DNA of 64,000 nt from contig OY970218.1 of the NCBI GenBank assembly GCA_963713975.1, positions 3,200,001 through 3,264,000 on the forward strand, in the 5' to 3' direction. Below, piece by piece: positions 28,799-38,619 of the stretch. Position numbers and translations under genes: made by a program. The notes beneath the pieces were generated by a model. The model made no database searches and had not been told where the DNA came from. It saw nothing but the letters and a program-made list of their open reading frames with translations. Position 1 is the stretch's first letter. Each line of letters begins with the position of its first letter. Source of the stretch: an uncultured Chloroflexia bacterium (GTDB taxonomy: Bacteria > Chloroflexota > Limnocylindria > Limnocylindrales > CSP1-4).

Positions 28799-29146
28799 AT
28801 GTCCAAGTTCGCTCTCGCGGTGGCTGCCTTGATCGTGGCGGCCTGCGGCCAGCCCGGTCCCACCGTCGTGCCGTCGCCCACACCACAGGTCGGCCCGTCG
28901 GCAACGCCGAGTTCGACAGTGGACGCGACCCGATCACCCTCGCCTGCAGGGACGCCGGGCTTCCCCTTCAGCGTGTCGTGCGGGCCGGTGGATCCGGCGG
29001 GCTGCGAGCAGTTAGCGGTCCGACTGGCCGAACTCGCGGCGGGGCACTATCCGGGCAAGACCATCTCGGGGATCACGATCGAGACCGACGGCAGCTACAC
29101 GATGACGTTCACTGACGGCACCGCTGTCGGCGCAACCGTGGACTGA
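28799..29146 (+). CDS. Small hypothetical lipoprotein
   Basis: MSKFALAVAALIVAA|CG lipobox, Pro/Thr linker, small domain with two Cys; SD GGGAG. Confidence 0.7.
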   Translation: MSKFALAVAALIVAACGQPGPTVVPSPTPQVGPSATPSSTVDATRSPSPAGTPGFPFSVSCGPVDPAGCEQLAVRLAELAAGHYPGKTISGITIETDGSYTMTFTDGTAVGATVD

Positions 29147-29158
29147 GGGCGACGGTCC

Positions 29159-32100
29159 TCATCCCAGCTGCAGGTCCACGACCCCGTCGCCCACACGTCG
29201 CTGGACCTCGGCCACGAGCTCCGCGTCGTAGGCGACGCCCCGCAGCTCCATCGGCAGCGCCGCGCCACCCGGGGCAGGCACGTGGACGACGACCCGCGTG
29301 GCCCCCGGATGCTCGCGCAGCACGGACTTGAACGCGTGCATCGCAGACACGACCCGGTCGGTTCCGGCCTCGCGGGCGAACCGCACGTTGAGCACCGCGC
29401 CGGGCGCTGCCTCGAGCGGGCGCGAGGGGGCCTGGGCGGCCACCGTCGCCGCGCTCCGGGCCTCGTCGGGAAGCGGAGGCGCGTCCGGGCTGATGCCGTC
29501 CGCGTCCGAATCTGCGGCCGTGCCGAACCCCGGCGGTTCCGAGTAGGTGGGCACCGGCTCGGCCGGGGCGACGCGTGGGCTGCCGTTGCCGTTCCGCGGG
29601 CCGCCGTTCCCGCCGGGGCCCCCTCCCCCGGGACCCCGTCGAGCACGCTTGTCCAGCGACCCCACCTCGCGCCCGAACGCCTCGGGGCCCTGCCCGGCGA
29701 CCGCGTCCCAGTCCCACACCGAGTCCGCCAGCAATGACGCCTCGTCGCCGCGGTGGTCCACGCGACCGGCCACCAGCAGGATCGCCCCGTCGCGCCACAT
29801 CCCCGCGGTCGTCTCGTAGGTCCTCGGGAAGACCACGACCTCGAGCGTCCCCTGCAGGTCCTCGAGCGTCACGATGGCCATCGACGCCCTGGCCTTGGTC
29901 ATGACCATCCGGATGCCGGTGACGATGCCGCCGAGGACCACCCGCTGGCCGTCGAGCGACTCGTCCTTGAGGTCGCCGCTGTAAGCCGTGACGAACAGTC
30001 CTACACGCTCCGCCACCTCGCCCATCGGGTGGTCCGAGAGGTAGAGCCCCATCAGCTCCTTCTCCCAGCGCAGGCGCTCCCGGACAGGTGTCTCGGGCGT
30101 CTCGGGCAGGGGGCGCTCCAGCGTGGCCGCCTCGTCGCCGCCCATCTCGAACAGGGAGGTCTGGCCGCTGATCCGGTCGCGTTGTGCGGCCTGGCCGGCC
30201 GCGAGGGCATCGTCCAGGCCCAGCAGCACCTGGGCAGGGTGGCCGAAGCAGTTGAGCGCACCCACCCGTACGAGGGACTCCAGGACCTTGCGGTTGGCGA
30301 GGCGGAGGTCCACCCGGGTGCAGAAGTCTGTGAGCGAGCGGAACTCGCCGCCCTCCTCGCGCGCCTTGATGATCGACTCGATCGCGCCCTCGCCGACGTT
30401 CTTGACCGCCAGCAGGCCGAAGCGGATCGCATCGCCCTCCACTGTGAAGCCAAGCCCCGACCGGTGGACGTCCGGGGTCCGCACCTCGATCTGCAGCCGG
30501 CGGCACTCCGCGATTGCGGCGGCGACCTTCTCCGCGTTGTCCCGGAAGGCCGTGAGCACGGACGTCATGTACTCGACCGTGTAGTTGGCCTTGAGGTATG
30601 CGGTCTGGTAGGCGATCAGGCCGTAGCAGGTCGCGTGGGCCTTGTTGAACCCGTAACGCTCGAACGGCTCGAAGGCCTTGAACACCTGGTCGATGGTCTG
30701 CGGCGGAACGCCCCGCTCGGCGGCGCGCTCGACGAAGGTCTCCTTCATCGACCTCAGGACGGACGACTTCTTCTTGCGGATCGCGTAGCCCAGCATGTCC
30801 GCCTCGGGACCCGAGAAGCCGCCCAGGGCCATGGCCGCGGCCATGATGTCCTCCTGGTAGACGAAGATCCCGTACGTCCGGTTGAGGAACGGCTCCAGCA
30901 GCGGGTGCAGGTACTGGACCGGCTCCTGGCCGTGCTTGCGCCGGATGTAGGCCGGGATGTTGTCCATCGGCCCCGGACGGTAGAGCGCCACCATGGCCGC
31001 CAGGTCGAACACCGACGTCGGCTGCAGCTCCCGGATGTAGCGCCGCATGCCCGCCGACTCGAGCTGGAAGACGCCGGTCGTCTCGCCCGAGGCCAGGAGC
31101 TCGAAGGTCCTCGTGTCGTCGAGCGGGATGTTGTCGAGGTCCACCGCGACGTCGCGGTTGTCCTTGATCAGGTCCACGGCCTTGCGCAGGATCGTCAGGT
31201 TGGACAGGCCCAGGAAGTCGAACTTGAGCAGTCCCAGCGACTCGATGCCGTGCATCTCGTACTGGGTCATGAGGGCGTCGGAGTTGGTCGCCTTCTGGAG
31301 CGGCATCAGCTCCGTGAGCGGCTCGCGGGAGATCACGACGCCGGCGGCATGCGTGGACGCGTTGCGGGCAACCCCCTCGAGCTGCTGGGCAAGCCCGATC
31401 AGCTTCGCGATCTGCGGATCACCGTCGTGCATCTCCTTGAGCTGTGGCGATTCGAGGGCCTCCGACAGCTTGATGCCCAGCTGGTTCGGCACCGCCTTTG
31501 CGATCCGGTCGACGTCGCTGTAGCCCATGCCCATGACCCGGCCCACGTCCCGGATGGCAGCCCGGGCCAGCATCGTGCCAAAGGTGATGATCTGGGCGAC
31601 GTGGTCCTGACCGTACTTGCGGCTGACGTAGTTGATGACCTCGTCCCGGCGCTCGTCCTCGAAGTCCACGTCGATGTCGGGCATCGTGACGCGGTCCGGG
31701 TTGAGGAAGCGCTCGAACGGGAGCCCGTAGTGGAGCGGGTCCACCGGCGTTATGCCCAGCGTGTAGGTGACGATCGATCCGGGTGCGGACCCCCGGCAGG
31801 TGGTCGCGATCCCCTGCTCCCGGGCGTACCGGACGAAGTCGGCCACGATCAGGAAGTAGCCGGCGTAGCCCATCGAGATGATCACGCCCAGCTCGTAGTC
31901 CAGGCGCTCCTGGAGGGCTGGGGTGATCGCGCCGTAGCGGCGCACGAGGCCCGCCTCGCACTCCTTGCGCAGCCACGTCTCCACCGTCTCGCCATCCGGC
32001 ACCGGGAAGTGCGGGATCCGGAGCTCGCCCAGGGGCAGCTTCAGGTCCACCATCTCGGCCACGCGCCGGGTGTTGAGGTAGGCATCCCGCTGGTCCGGGA

Positions 32101-32875
32101 ACAGCCGGAGCATCTCGGCCGCGGTCTTGAGGTAGAACTCCTGACCCTCGAACCGCATCCGGTTGGGAGTGTCGAGGTTGCTCCCGGTGCCCACGCACAG
32201 CAGGACGTCGTGCGCCTCGTGCTGCGCCTGGTGGACGTAGTGGAGGTCGTTGGTGACGACGAGCGGCAGGTCCATCTCCGGCGCGAGGCGCAGGAGCTGC
32301 TCGTTGAGACGGCGCTGCTCGGGGATGCCGTGGTCCTGCAGCTCGAGGTAGAAGCGGTCCTTGCCCAGGATGTCCCGGTACTCACCGGCCAGGTTGCGGG
32401 CCAGCTCCCAGTCGTCCACCTCGAGCGCCTTGGGGATCTCGCCGCCCAGGCAGGCCGACATGCCGACCAGGCCCTGGCTGTACTTCGCGAGGTGCTCCCG
32501 GTCGATGCGGGGCTTGTAGTAGTAACCGTCGATGTGGGCATCGGTCACAAGCCGGCACAGGTTCTGGTAGCCGGTCATGTCGGTCGCCAGGAGGACGAGG
32601 TGGAAGGGCTGGCTATCAGCCTTGCCCTCCTTGTCCCGCATCGATCGCCGGGCGACGTACGTCTCGATCCCGATGATCGGCTTGATCCCCGCCTTGACCG
32701 CCGCCTGGTAGAACGCGACGGAGCCGTACAGGGCGCCGTGGTCCGTGACGGCGAGGCTGTCGAACCCGTGCTTGACCGACGTGTCCACGAGGTCGGTGAT
32801 CCGCCCCAGCCCGTCGAGCAGGCTGAACTCGGAGTGGGTGTGGAGGTGGACGAAGTCGTTCGGGGCGATGGTCAC
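29159..32875 (-). CDS. dnaE: DNA polymerase III subunit alpha
   Basis: FVHLHTHSEFSLLDG PHP domain, FERFLNPDRVTMPDIDVDF, YGFNKAHA, OB fold. Confidence 0.98.
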   Translation of the reverse strand: MTIAPNDFVHLHTHSEFSLLDGLGRITDLVDTSVKHGFDSLAVTDHGALYGSVAFYQAAVKAGIKPIIGIETYVARRSMRDKEGKADSQPFHLVLLATDMTGYQNLCRLVTDAHIDGYYYKPRIDREHLAKYSQGLVGMSACLGGEIPKALEVDDWELARNLAGEYRDILGKDRFYLELQDHGIPEQRRLNEQLLRLAPEMDLPLVVTNDLHYVHQAQHEAHDVLLCVGTGSNLDTPNRMRFEGQEFYLKTAAEMLRLFPDQRDAYLNTRRVAEMVDLKLPLGELRIPHFPVPDGETVETWLRKECEAGLVRRYGAITPALQERLDYELGVIISMGYAGYFLIVADFVRYAREQGIATTCRGSAPGSIVTYTLGITPVDPLHYGLPFERFLNPDRVTMPDIDVDFEDERRDEVINYVSRKYGQDHVAQIITFGTMLARAAIRDVGRVMGMGYSDVDRIAKAVPNQLGIKLSEALESPQLKEMHDGDPQIAKLIGLAQQLEGVARNASTHAAGVVISREPLTELMPLQKATNSDALMTQYEMHGIESLGLLKFDFLGLSNLTILRKAVDLIKDNRDVAVDLDNIPLDDTRTFELLASGETTGVFQLESAGMRRYIRELQPTSVFDLAAMVALYRPGPMDNIPAYIRRKHGQEPVQYLHPLLEPFLNRTYGIFVYQEDIMAAAMALGGFSGPEADMLGYAIRKKKSSVLRSMKETFVERAAERGVPPQTIDQVFKAFEPFERYGFNKAHATCYGLIAYQTAYLKANYTVEYMTSVLTAFRDNAEKVAAAIAECRRLQIEVRTPDVHRSGLGFTVEGDAIRFGLLAVKNVGEGAIESIIKAREEGGEFRSLTDFCTRVDLRLANRKVLESLVRVGALNCFGHPAQVLLGLDDALAAGQAAQRDRISGQTSLFEMGGDEAATLERPLPETPETPVRERLRWEKELMGLYLSDHPMGEVAERVGLFVTAYSGDLKDESLDGQRVVLGGIVTGIRMVMTKARASMAIVTLEDLQGTLEVVVFPRTYETTAGMWRDGAILLVAGRVDHRGDEASLLADSVWDWDAVAGQGPEAFGREVGSLDKRARRGPGGGGPGGNGGPRNGNGSPRVAPAEPVPTYSEPPGFGTAADSDADGISPDAPPLPDEARSAATVAAQAPSRPLEAAPGAVLNVRFAREAGTDRVVSAMHAFKSVLREHPGATRVVVHVPAPGGAALPMELRGVAYDAELVAEVQRRVGDGVVDLQLG

Positions 32876-33099
32876 GGGACGTCCATGGTAGCCCGGGAGG
32901 AGGCCACGCGATTCGGCCGGAACCCCAGGGATTTGCGCCAGGCGACAGGTCGCCCAGGGCGAGGTGGAGCCAGAAGAGCCGGGACCGGTCGGGCAGCTGA
33001 GGCGAGGGCCTCGTCCAGCCCACGGCCCGGTGAGCCCGCCAGGGTCCCATGACCTCGGGGGTGTTGTGCGTGGCGGTCCGCCGTGTAACGGTGGGCGTC

Positions 33100-33930
33100 A
33101 TGGTGGACTCGGCGTCTGACCCGGTGTCGATCCAGCCGGGGGGCGAGGCTCCCGGGCAGTCCGGCGCACGCGTCCGCGTTCGTGTCGTTCGGCTCCTGAT
33201 CGTCGGCCTGGCGGGGCTGCTGCTGGGGCTCGGGATCTTCTGGGCCTGGCGCACCGTCACGACGCCCCACCGCACCACGCCCGTGTACGACCCGCCGGTG
33301 CTCGCCGGCCAGTGGATCCCCGGCTACTGCTCGGCCGGGGTCTACGCCCGCCTCGGAGACACGATCGTGCTCACCTCGTCACCGCATTGCGCGGGCGAGG
33401 GCACGGTGGCCACATCGCCCGACGGCACCCTCCAGGGCATCTTCGGGCCCATGGCCACGGATGCCGACTGCCCGTATCCCGACCACACGTGCAAGCCCTC
33501 GGACATGAACTACCTCGCGGTCGCGCCCGACCGCGTCCCGTGGGGCCACCTCAACGAGATCGACCTGGGCGCCGGCGGCTACCGGATCCTCGCACCGGAT
33601 ACGAGGCCGATGGCCTGCGCCGACATCGCCAGCGGCGACCCGATCGAGATGAGCGGCCGGGGCAGTTACCGAACCGGGACCGTCGTGGAGAAGGGCGAAT
33701 ACCTCCATGCGGAGGATGGCGACTACTTCCCATGCCTGGTCGCATCGCGTCTCCAGGTGGGCGGCGGGGATTCCGGCAGCGTGGTGCTGGTGCGCGGGGC
33801 CCCAGCGGGGATCACCTCGCGCAGCCTCGACGGGAATATGGGGTTCACGCCACTCGCCGAGGGCCTGGATGCGCTGGGCCTGGATCTCTGCACCACCCCG
33901 GACTGCGGGCTGACGCCTCCGTCGCGCTGA
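33100..33930 (+). CDS. Membrane-anchored trypsin-like (S1) serine protease homolog
   Basis: TM helix, then C-S-A-G, TSSPHC (His), SDMN (Asp), GGDSGS (Ser) and several Cys. Start could also be 33049. Confidence 0.65.
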   Translation: MVDSASDPVSIQPGGEAPGQSGARVRVRVVRLLIVGLAGLLLGLGIFWAWRTVTTPHRTTPVYDPPVLAGQWIPGYCSAGVYARLGDTIVLTSSPHCAGEGTVATSPDGTLQGIFGPMATDADCPYPDHTCKPSDMNYLAVAPDRVPWGHLNEIDLGAGGYRILAPDTRPMACADIASGDPIEMSGRGSYRTGTVVEKGEYLHAEDGDYFPCLVASRLQVGGGDSGSVVLVRGAPAGITSRSLDGNMGFTPLAEGLDALGLDLCTTPDCGLTPPSR

Positions 33931-33974
33931 GCTGCGCCGGAGCGCCCCGTTGGCACCCGGGCTACCCTGCGACG

Positions 33975-34355
33975 ATGGACGAGCCGATCGACGACGCGAC
34001 CTTCGAGGACTGGGTGTTCGAGGCCATCGACCTCCTGCCGCCGACGTTCCAGGAGCGCCTGGGCTCCGTGGCGATCGTGATCGAGGAGTGGCCGACGGAG
34101 GAGCTGCTGCGGTCCCTCGGCGTGCACGGGCTGTACGGGCTGTACCAGGGCGTGCCCCGCTCCGCGCTGGGGGCGGACCATGCGCTCACGCCGTCGCGGA
34201 TCACGATCTATCGGGGCACGTGCATGCGCTCGGCTCGGACACGGGAGGGCGTCCGCGAGCGAGTCATCGACACGGTGCACCATGAGATCGCCCACCATTT
34301 CGGGATCTCCGACGCGCGCCTCGGGGAGCTCGCCGCAGATCACCACGGCCACTAG
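33975..34355 (+). CDS. Zincin-like metallopeptidase (Zincin_1)
   Basis: LYGLYQGVP...RITIYR...TVHHEIAHHFGISD; -10 TACCCT 6 nt before ATG. Confidence 0.88.
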   Translation: MDEPIDDATFEDWVFEAIDLLPPTFQERLGSVAIVIEEWPTEELLRSLGVHGLYGLYQGVPRSALGADHALTPSRITIYRGTCMRSARTREGVRERVIDTVHHEIAHHFGISDARLGELAADHHGH

Positions 34356-34379
34356 GCCGCGGGCTGCCATACTCCGGTC

Positions 34380-35075
34380 GTGGACGCCCACATCCTGCTC
34401 GTCGAGGACGACCCGTCCATCCGGGAGATCACCGCGCTGGGATTGCGGGGTGCGGGCTTCACGGTGACCACCGCGGCGGACGGCGCTGCGGGGCTTGAAC
34501 GCTGGCGCAGCGATGCGCCCGACCTGGTCCTTCTGGACGTGATGCTGCCGCGCTTGGACGGCCTCGAGGTCTGTCGCGCGATCCGGCGTGAGGCCACCAC
34601 CCCCATCGTGATGCTGACCGCCCGCGCGGACACGATCGACGTCGTCGTCGGTCTGGAGTCCGGCGCGGACGACTACGTTCGCAAGCCGTTCGAGATGCCG
34701 GAGCTGGTCGCCCGCGTCCGGGCCGCGCTGCGGCGCAAGCTCGTGGAGCCCGGTGCCGGCGAGGGCGCCGTCATCTCGCTGGGACCGCTGCGGATCGACA
34801 CGGGCGGCCGGACGCTGACCCGCGAAGGCCGGGAGATCGCCCTGACCAGGACGGAGTTCGACCTGCTCGTCGAGCTGGCGCGCCGCCCGGGCCAGGTGCT
34901 CACCAGGGACACGCTGCTGGACCGTGTCTGGGGGTACGACTACCTTGGCGATTCGCGGCTGGTGGACGTCGCGATCGGCCGGCTGCGCGCCAGGATCGAG
35001 ACGGACCTGGCGAACCCGGACCTGGTGCTCACCGTGCGCGGTGCCGGCTACAAGGCCGCGCGGACCAGCGGCTAG
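34380..35075 (+). CDS. OmpR-family response regulator (MtrA/CseB-like)
   Basis: ILLVEDD, LLDVMLP, ADTIDVVVGLESGADDYVRKPF, winged helix TVRGAGYK. Confidence 0.93.
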   Translation: MDAHILLVEDDPSIREITALGLRGAGFTVTTAADGAAGLERWRSDAPDLVLLDVMLPRLDGLEVCRAIRREATTPIVMLTARADTIDVVVGLESGADDYVRKPFEMPELVARVRAALRRKLVEPGAGEGAVISLGPLRIDTGGRTLTREGREIALTRTEFDLLVELARRPGQVLTRDTLLDRVWGYDYLGDSRLVDVAIGRLRARIETDLANPDLVLTVRGAGYKAARTSG

Positions 35076-35084
35076 GACGCGGCC

Positions 35085-36524
35085 GTGGTCATCGGCATCC
35101 GCACCCGACTCGCGCTCACCCTGGTGGCGCTGGTCGCGGTCACGGTGGCGGCGATCGGGATCGGCGTGTACGCGTTCGTCGACACGTCCCTGCGTGCCCG
35201 ACTCCTCGCCGACGCGCGGCAGCAGGTGGACTTCGACCTCTCCGTGCTCCTGCCCGGTGCCGATCCCCAGCCGGCCGATGCACGGTCGTTCGCGGCCAGC
35301 GGCCTGCCGGTGGCATTCACGCTCCGGGGGGCCGGGCGCGTGATCGCGGACTTCGGCGACGGGGCGCCATACGAGCCCGCCGACCTGCCCGGAGCGCTGG
35401 GCCGTCTCTCGCCCGAGCTCACCGCGATCGTCGCGGCAGGGCAGATCGGCTACGCCTGGCAGTCACTGGGAGGGGCACCGGCGCTGGTGGTCGGCGGCAG
35501 GCAGGGCGGATCGCCCGCGCTCTACTTCGCCTTCCCGGCCGACCAGATCGAGGAGGCGCTCGCGCAGCTGCGGATCGGGCTCCTCGTCGGAGGCCTGCTG
35601 GCGGTCGGCGTGGCCCTCCTCGTGGCGGGTCTCATCGCGCGCTGGCTGCTGAGACCGGTGACCCAGGCGGCCGCGGCGGCACGGATGATCGCCGGTGGTG
35701 ATCTCGCAGTGCGGTTGCCCGAGGGTGGGCGGGACGAGGTCGGCCGGTGGGCCGTGGACTTCAATCGGATGGCGGACTCGCTGGAGGCGACCATCTCCAG
35801 CCTGGAGAACGCGCAGCAGCACAATCGGCGCTTCGTGGCGGACGTCGCCCACGAGCTCCGGACGCCCTTGACCGCACTGGTGGCCGAGGCATCGCTGATC
35901 GAGGGCAGACTCGGCGCGCTCGATCCCGACGCGCGGAGGGCCGCCGAGCTCCTGGTGGCGGACGTTCGGCGACTCCGTGTCCTCGTGGACGACCTGATGG
36001 AGATCTCCCGGTTCGACGCCCAGGCGGAGCGGCCGAGCTTCGGGCCCGTGGACCTGGGTCGCGTGGTGACGGGCGCCGTGGCCACGCGCCTGCCCGAGGC
36101 GGCCGTCTCGCTGCCCGGGTCGCCCATCGTCATCAATTCCGAGGCGCGGCGGCTCGATCGCATCCTGGGCAACCTCCTCGACAATGCCCGGGAGCACGCG
36201 CCGGGCGCTCCGGTCGAGGTCTCCCTCTCGCGTGCCCGCGACGGCGCGCTGATCGTCGTGGCGGATCGGGGCCCGGGCGTGCCGCCAGATGCCGTGGCGC
36301 ACCTCTTCGATCGCTTCTACAAGTCGGACCCGTCGCGTGCCGGCGGCAGCTCCGGCCTGGGCCTTGCCATTGCGGCGGAGCATGCCGCACTGCTGGGTGG
36401 ATCGCTGCGGGCCCGGTCGCGGCCCGGCGGTGGGCTGATCGTTGCCCTCGCCCTGCCTGTGACCGGATCGTTACCGGACGGCCATCCGCCCGACATGCGA
36501 CCGGACGACACTGGCGTTCGATGA
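35085..36524 (+). CDS. HAMP-domain sensor histidine kinase (MtrB/CseC-like)
   Basis: Two TM helices, HAMP, FVADVAHELRTPL, NLLDNA, DRGPG, GLGLAI. Confidence 0.93.
   Translation: MVIGIRTRLALTLVALVAVTVAAIGIGVYAFVDTSLRARLLADARQQVDFDLSVLLPGADPQPADARSFAASGLPVAFTLRGAGRVIADFGDGAPYEPADLPGALGRLSPELTAIVAAGQIGYAWQSLGGAPALVVGGRQGGSPALYFAFPADQIEEALAQLRIGLLVGGLLAVGVALLVAGLIARWLLRPVTQAAAAARMIAGGDLAVRLPEGGRDEVGRWAVDFNRMADSLEATISSLENAQQHNRRFVADVAHELRTPLTALVAEASLIEGRLGALDPDARRAAELLVADVRRLRVLVDDLMEISRFDAQAERPSFGPVDLGRVVTGAVATRLPEAAVSLPGSPIVINSEARRLDRILGNLLDNAREHAPGAPVEVSLSRARDGALIVVADRGPGVPPDAVAHLFDRFYKSDPSRAGGSSGLGLAIAAEHAALLGGSLRARSRPGGGLIVALALPVTGSLPDGHPPDMRPDDTGVR
36459..36474 (+). promoter_or_regulatory. 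Putative OmpR-family operator GTGAC-N6-GTTAC
   Basis: 11-bp-period direct repeat of the MtrA/GlnR type inside the kinase 3' end, upstream of the GerMN gene. Confidence 0.5.
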
Positions 36525-36540
36525 GCTCCGCACCGAGGTC

Positions 36541-37614
36541 ATGGTCGTGATCCGCTCCAACCGTCCTGTCTGCCTCCCCAGGTCCGTGGCCGTCATCGTC
36601 ATGCTTGCCATCGGGTCGCTGGTCGCTGCCTGCGCCCCCACCAGCGGCCCCCTCGGGACGCCGGCGACCCCGGCGATCACCGAACAGCCGTCGGTCGAGA
36701 TCCCCTCCGAGGATTCGACCCCCGGGATCCCGCGACCGTCCGATCAGCCGCCCTCGACTGCCGGGCCCTCGACGGCTCCATCGGGCTCGGGTCCGGTCGC
36801 GAGCCCAGCCCCCACGGGGGCACCGACCGCCACGCCGAAGGTGACCACTGCCCCGACGCCGGCACCCAGCGATACGACGATCGTCCGAGCCTACTTCGTG
36901 CTCGGTAGCTTCACGAACAACGCCGGGCTCGCACCAGTCCTGCGCGAGGTCCCGGAGACCAAGGCCGTGGCGACGGCGGCCATGAACGCACTCCTCGCGG
37001 GACCGAACAGCACCGAACTCGGTGCCCGACCCGCGTTCTACACAACGATCCCCGACGGAACCCGCCTGCTCGACCTGTCCATCTCGAACGGCGTGGCGAC
37101 CGTCGACCTCACGAAGGAGTTCGCGTCCGGGGGCGGGAGCGCCTCCCTGCTGGGCCGGCTGGCACAGGTCGTCTACACCCTCACTCAATTCTCGACCGTC
37201 GACACGGTGCTGTTCCAGCTCGACGGCCAGCCGGTGACCGTCTTCGGCGGCGAGGGCGTGATTCTCGACCACCCGGTGGGCCGCTCGGACTTCTACGATC
37301 AGGTGCCGGCGATCTTCATCGACCGGCCGGCTTGGAACGCTGCACTCGGGAACCCAGGCGTGGTCAACGGCATGGCCAACGTGTTCGAGGCTACCTTCCG
37401 GGTCCAGCTCCGCAACGCCGCGGGGACGACCGTCGTCAACAAGCAGGTGATGGCCACCTGTGGCACGGGCTGCTGGGGCACCTGGAAGACGACGCTGTCC
37501 TACACGATCACGAAGGCGCAGTGGGGAACGCTCCGCGTCCACACCCTGTCCGCCAGGGACGGCACGCCCGAGAACATCACTGAGTACCCGGTCTGGCTCA
37601 CGCCAGCCGGCTGA
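36541..37614 (+). CDS. GerMN-domain lipoprotein with Gmad2 Ig-like C-terminus
   Basis: Lipobox LVAA|C, Pro/Thr linker, ALLAGP...TIPDGTRLL...VDLT...AQVVYTLTQF (GerMN), GMANVFEA (Gmad2). Start may be slightly later. Confidence 0.85.
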   Translation: MVVIRSNRPVCLPRSVAVIVMLAIGSLVAACAPTSGPLGTPATPAITEQPSVEIPSEDSTPGIPRPSDQPPSTAGPSTAPSGSGPVASPAPTGAPTATPKVTTAPTPAPSDTTIVRAYFVLGSFTNNAGLAPVLREVPETKAVATAAMNALLAGPNSTELGARPAFYTTIPDGTRLLDLSISNGVATVDLTKEFASGGGSASLLGRLAQVVYTLTQFSTVDTVLFQLDGQPVTVFGGEGVILDHPVGRSDFYDQVPAIFIDRPAWNAALGNPGVVNGMANVFEATFRVQLRNAAGTTVVNKQVMATCGTGCWGTWKTTLSYTITKAQWGTLRVHTLSARDGTPENITEYPVWLTPAG

Positions 37615-37671
37615 TCCACCGGGATCGCGAAACGAGGGCCGTCGCGGTGTACATGCCCCTGCGGCCCTCCG

Positions 37672-38619
37672 TCAGCGGTAGCTCGCGACCGCCTCGATGA
37701 CCAGATCGGAGAAGCGCGCCCGGTCGATGTCCAGGGCGACGTCCACGTTCGGCGTTGCCCCCGGTTGGCCGCGATCGTCCACGACGGTCCGGCCCCGCGT
37801 GAGCTCGCCGGTGGTCTCCACGTCCACGTGGTAGCGGCGTGTGGTGACCAGCCCGGGCAGCGTGACGTGGGCGACGGCCACCGCGTCGTGAATCGGCGTG
37901 TCGGCCGTGCCATACCGCTCGATGTGGAACCTGGTGAAGAAGCGGAGCAGGTCCGCGAACACCCGTCCCACGCGGGTGCCGAGGGCCTCGAGTCGGTCGG
38001 CCTCGGCCAGGCCCATCAGCGCCTTGTGCGTGACGTCCAGGCCGTGCATCGTGATCGGGAGGCCGCTGCGGAACACAATCCGCGCCGCCTCCGGGTCCAC
38101 CCAGATGTTGAACTCCGCGGCCGGCGTCCAGTTGCCTGGACCCATCGCCCCGCCCATCAGGCTGATTCCCGCGATCTTCCCGGCCACCGCCGGGTGGGTC
38201 CGCAGCAGCAGGCCGATGTTGGTCAGCGGGCCCACCGGGATCAGGGTGACCGGCACGGGCGCCGCGGCGAGCGTGGCACGCAGGAACTCGAGGGCGCCCT
38301 CGGGCCTGGGGGTGGAGATGGGCTCCGGCAGGTCGGCCCCATCGAGGCCACTCACGCCATGCACCTCGGGAGCCGTCTCGAGTGGCCGCACCAGCGGCTG
38401 GTCCGGGCCGGCGGCGACCGGGACATCGGGCCGGCCCAGCAGCGCCAGCACCCGCAGCGCGTTGCGCGTCGTGTTGGCGAGCGTCGAGTTGCCCCCGGTC
38501 GTCGTGATCCCCAACACGTCCAGCTCGGGCCTTGCCAGCGCCAGGGTGATGGCCAGGGCATCGTCGTGGCCCGGGTCGCAGTCGATGATGACCGGGGTTC
38601 GGCTGGGCTTGTCGGTCAC
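37672..38619 (-). CDS. Nucleoside hydrolase (IU-NH family)
   Basis: IIDCDPGHDD, VHGVSGL, GPLTN, AEFNIWVDPEA, IHDA; GTG 38619 overlaps the upstream stop. Confidence 0.93.
   Translation of the reverse strand: MTDKPSRTPVIIDCDPGHDDALAITLALARPELDVLGITTTGGNSTLANTTRNALRVLALLGRPDVPVAAGPDQPLVRPLETAPEVHGVSGLDGADLPEPISTPRPEGALEFLRATLAAAPVPVTLIPVGPLTNIGLLLRTHPAVAGKIAGISLMGGAMGPGNWTPAAEFNIWVDPEAARIVFRSGLPITMHGLDVTHKALMGLAEADRLEALGTRVGRVFADLLRFFTRFHIERYGTADTPIHDAVAVAHVTLPGLVTTRRYHVDVETTGELTRGRTVVDDRGQPGATPNVDVALDIDRARFSDLVIEAVASYR

Noticed and set aside
27443-29146. Integrative element at tRNA-Leu
   Set aside because: No integrase and no duplicated tRNA 3' end seen in the window.
29159-32875. Intein in DnaE, or in PolA/UvrA
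   Set aside because: Lengths are near normal and the inserts are Gly/Pro/Ala low-complexity linkers without intein splice or LAGLIDADG motifs.
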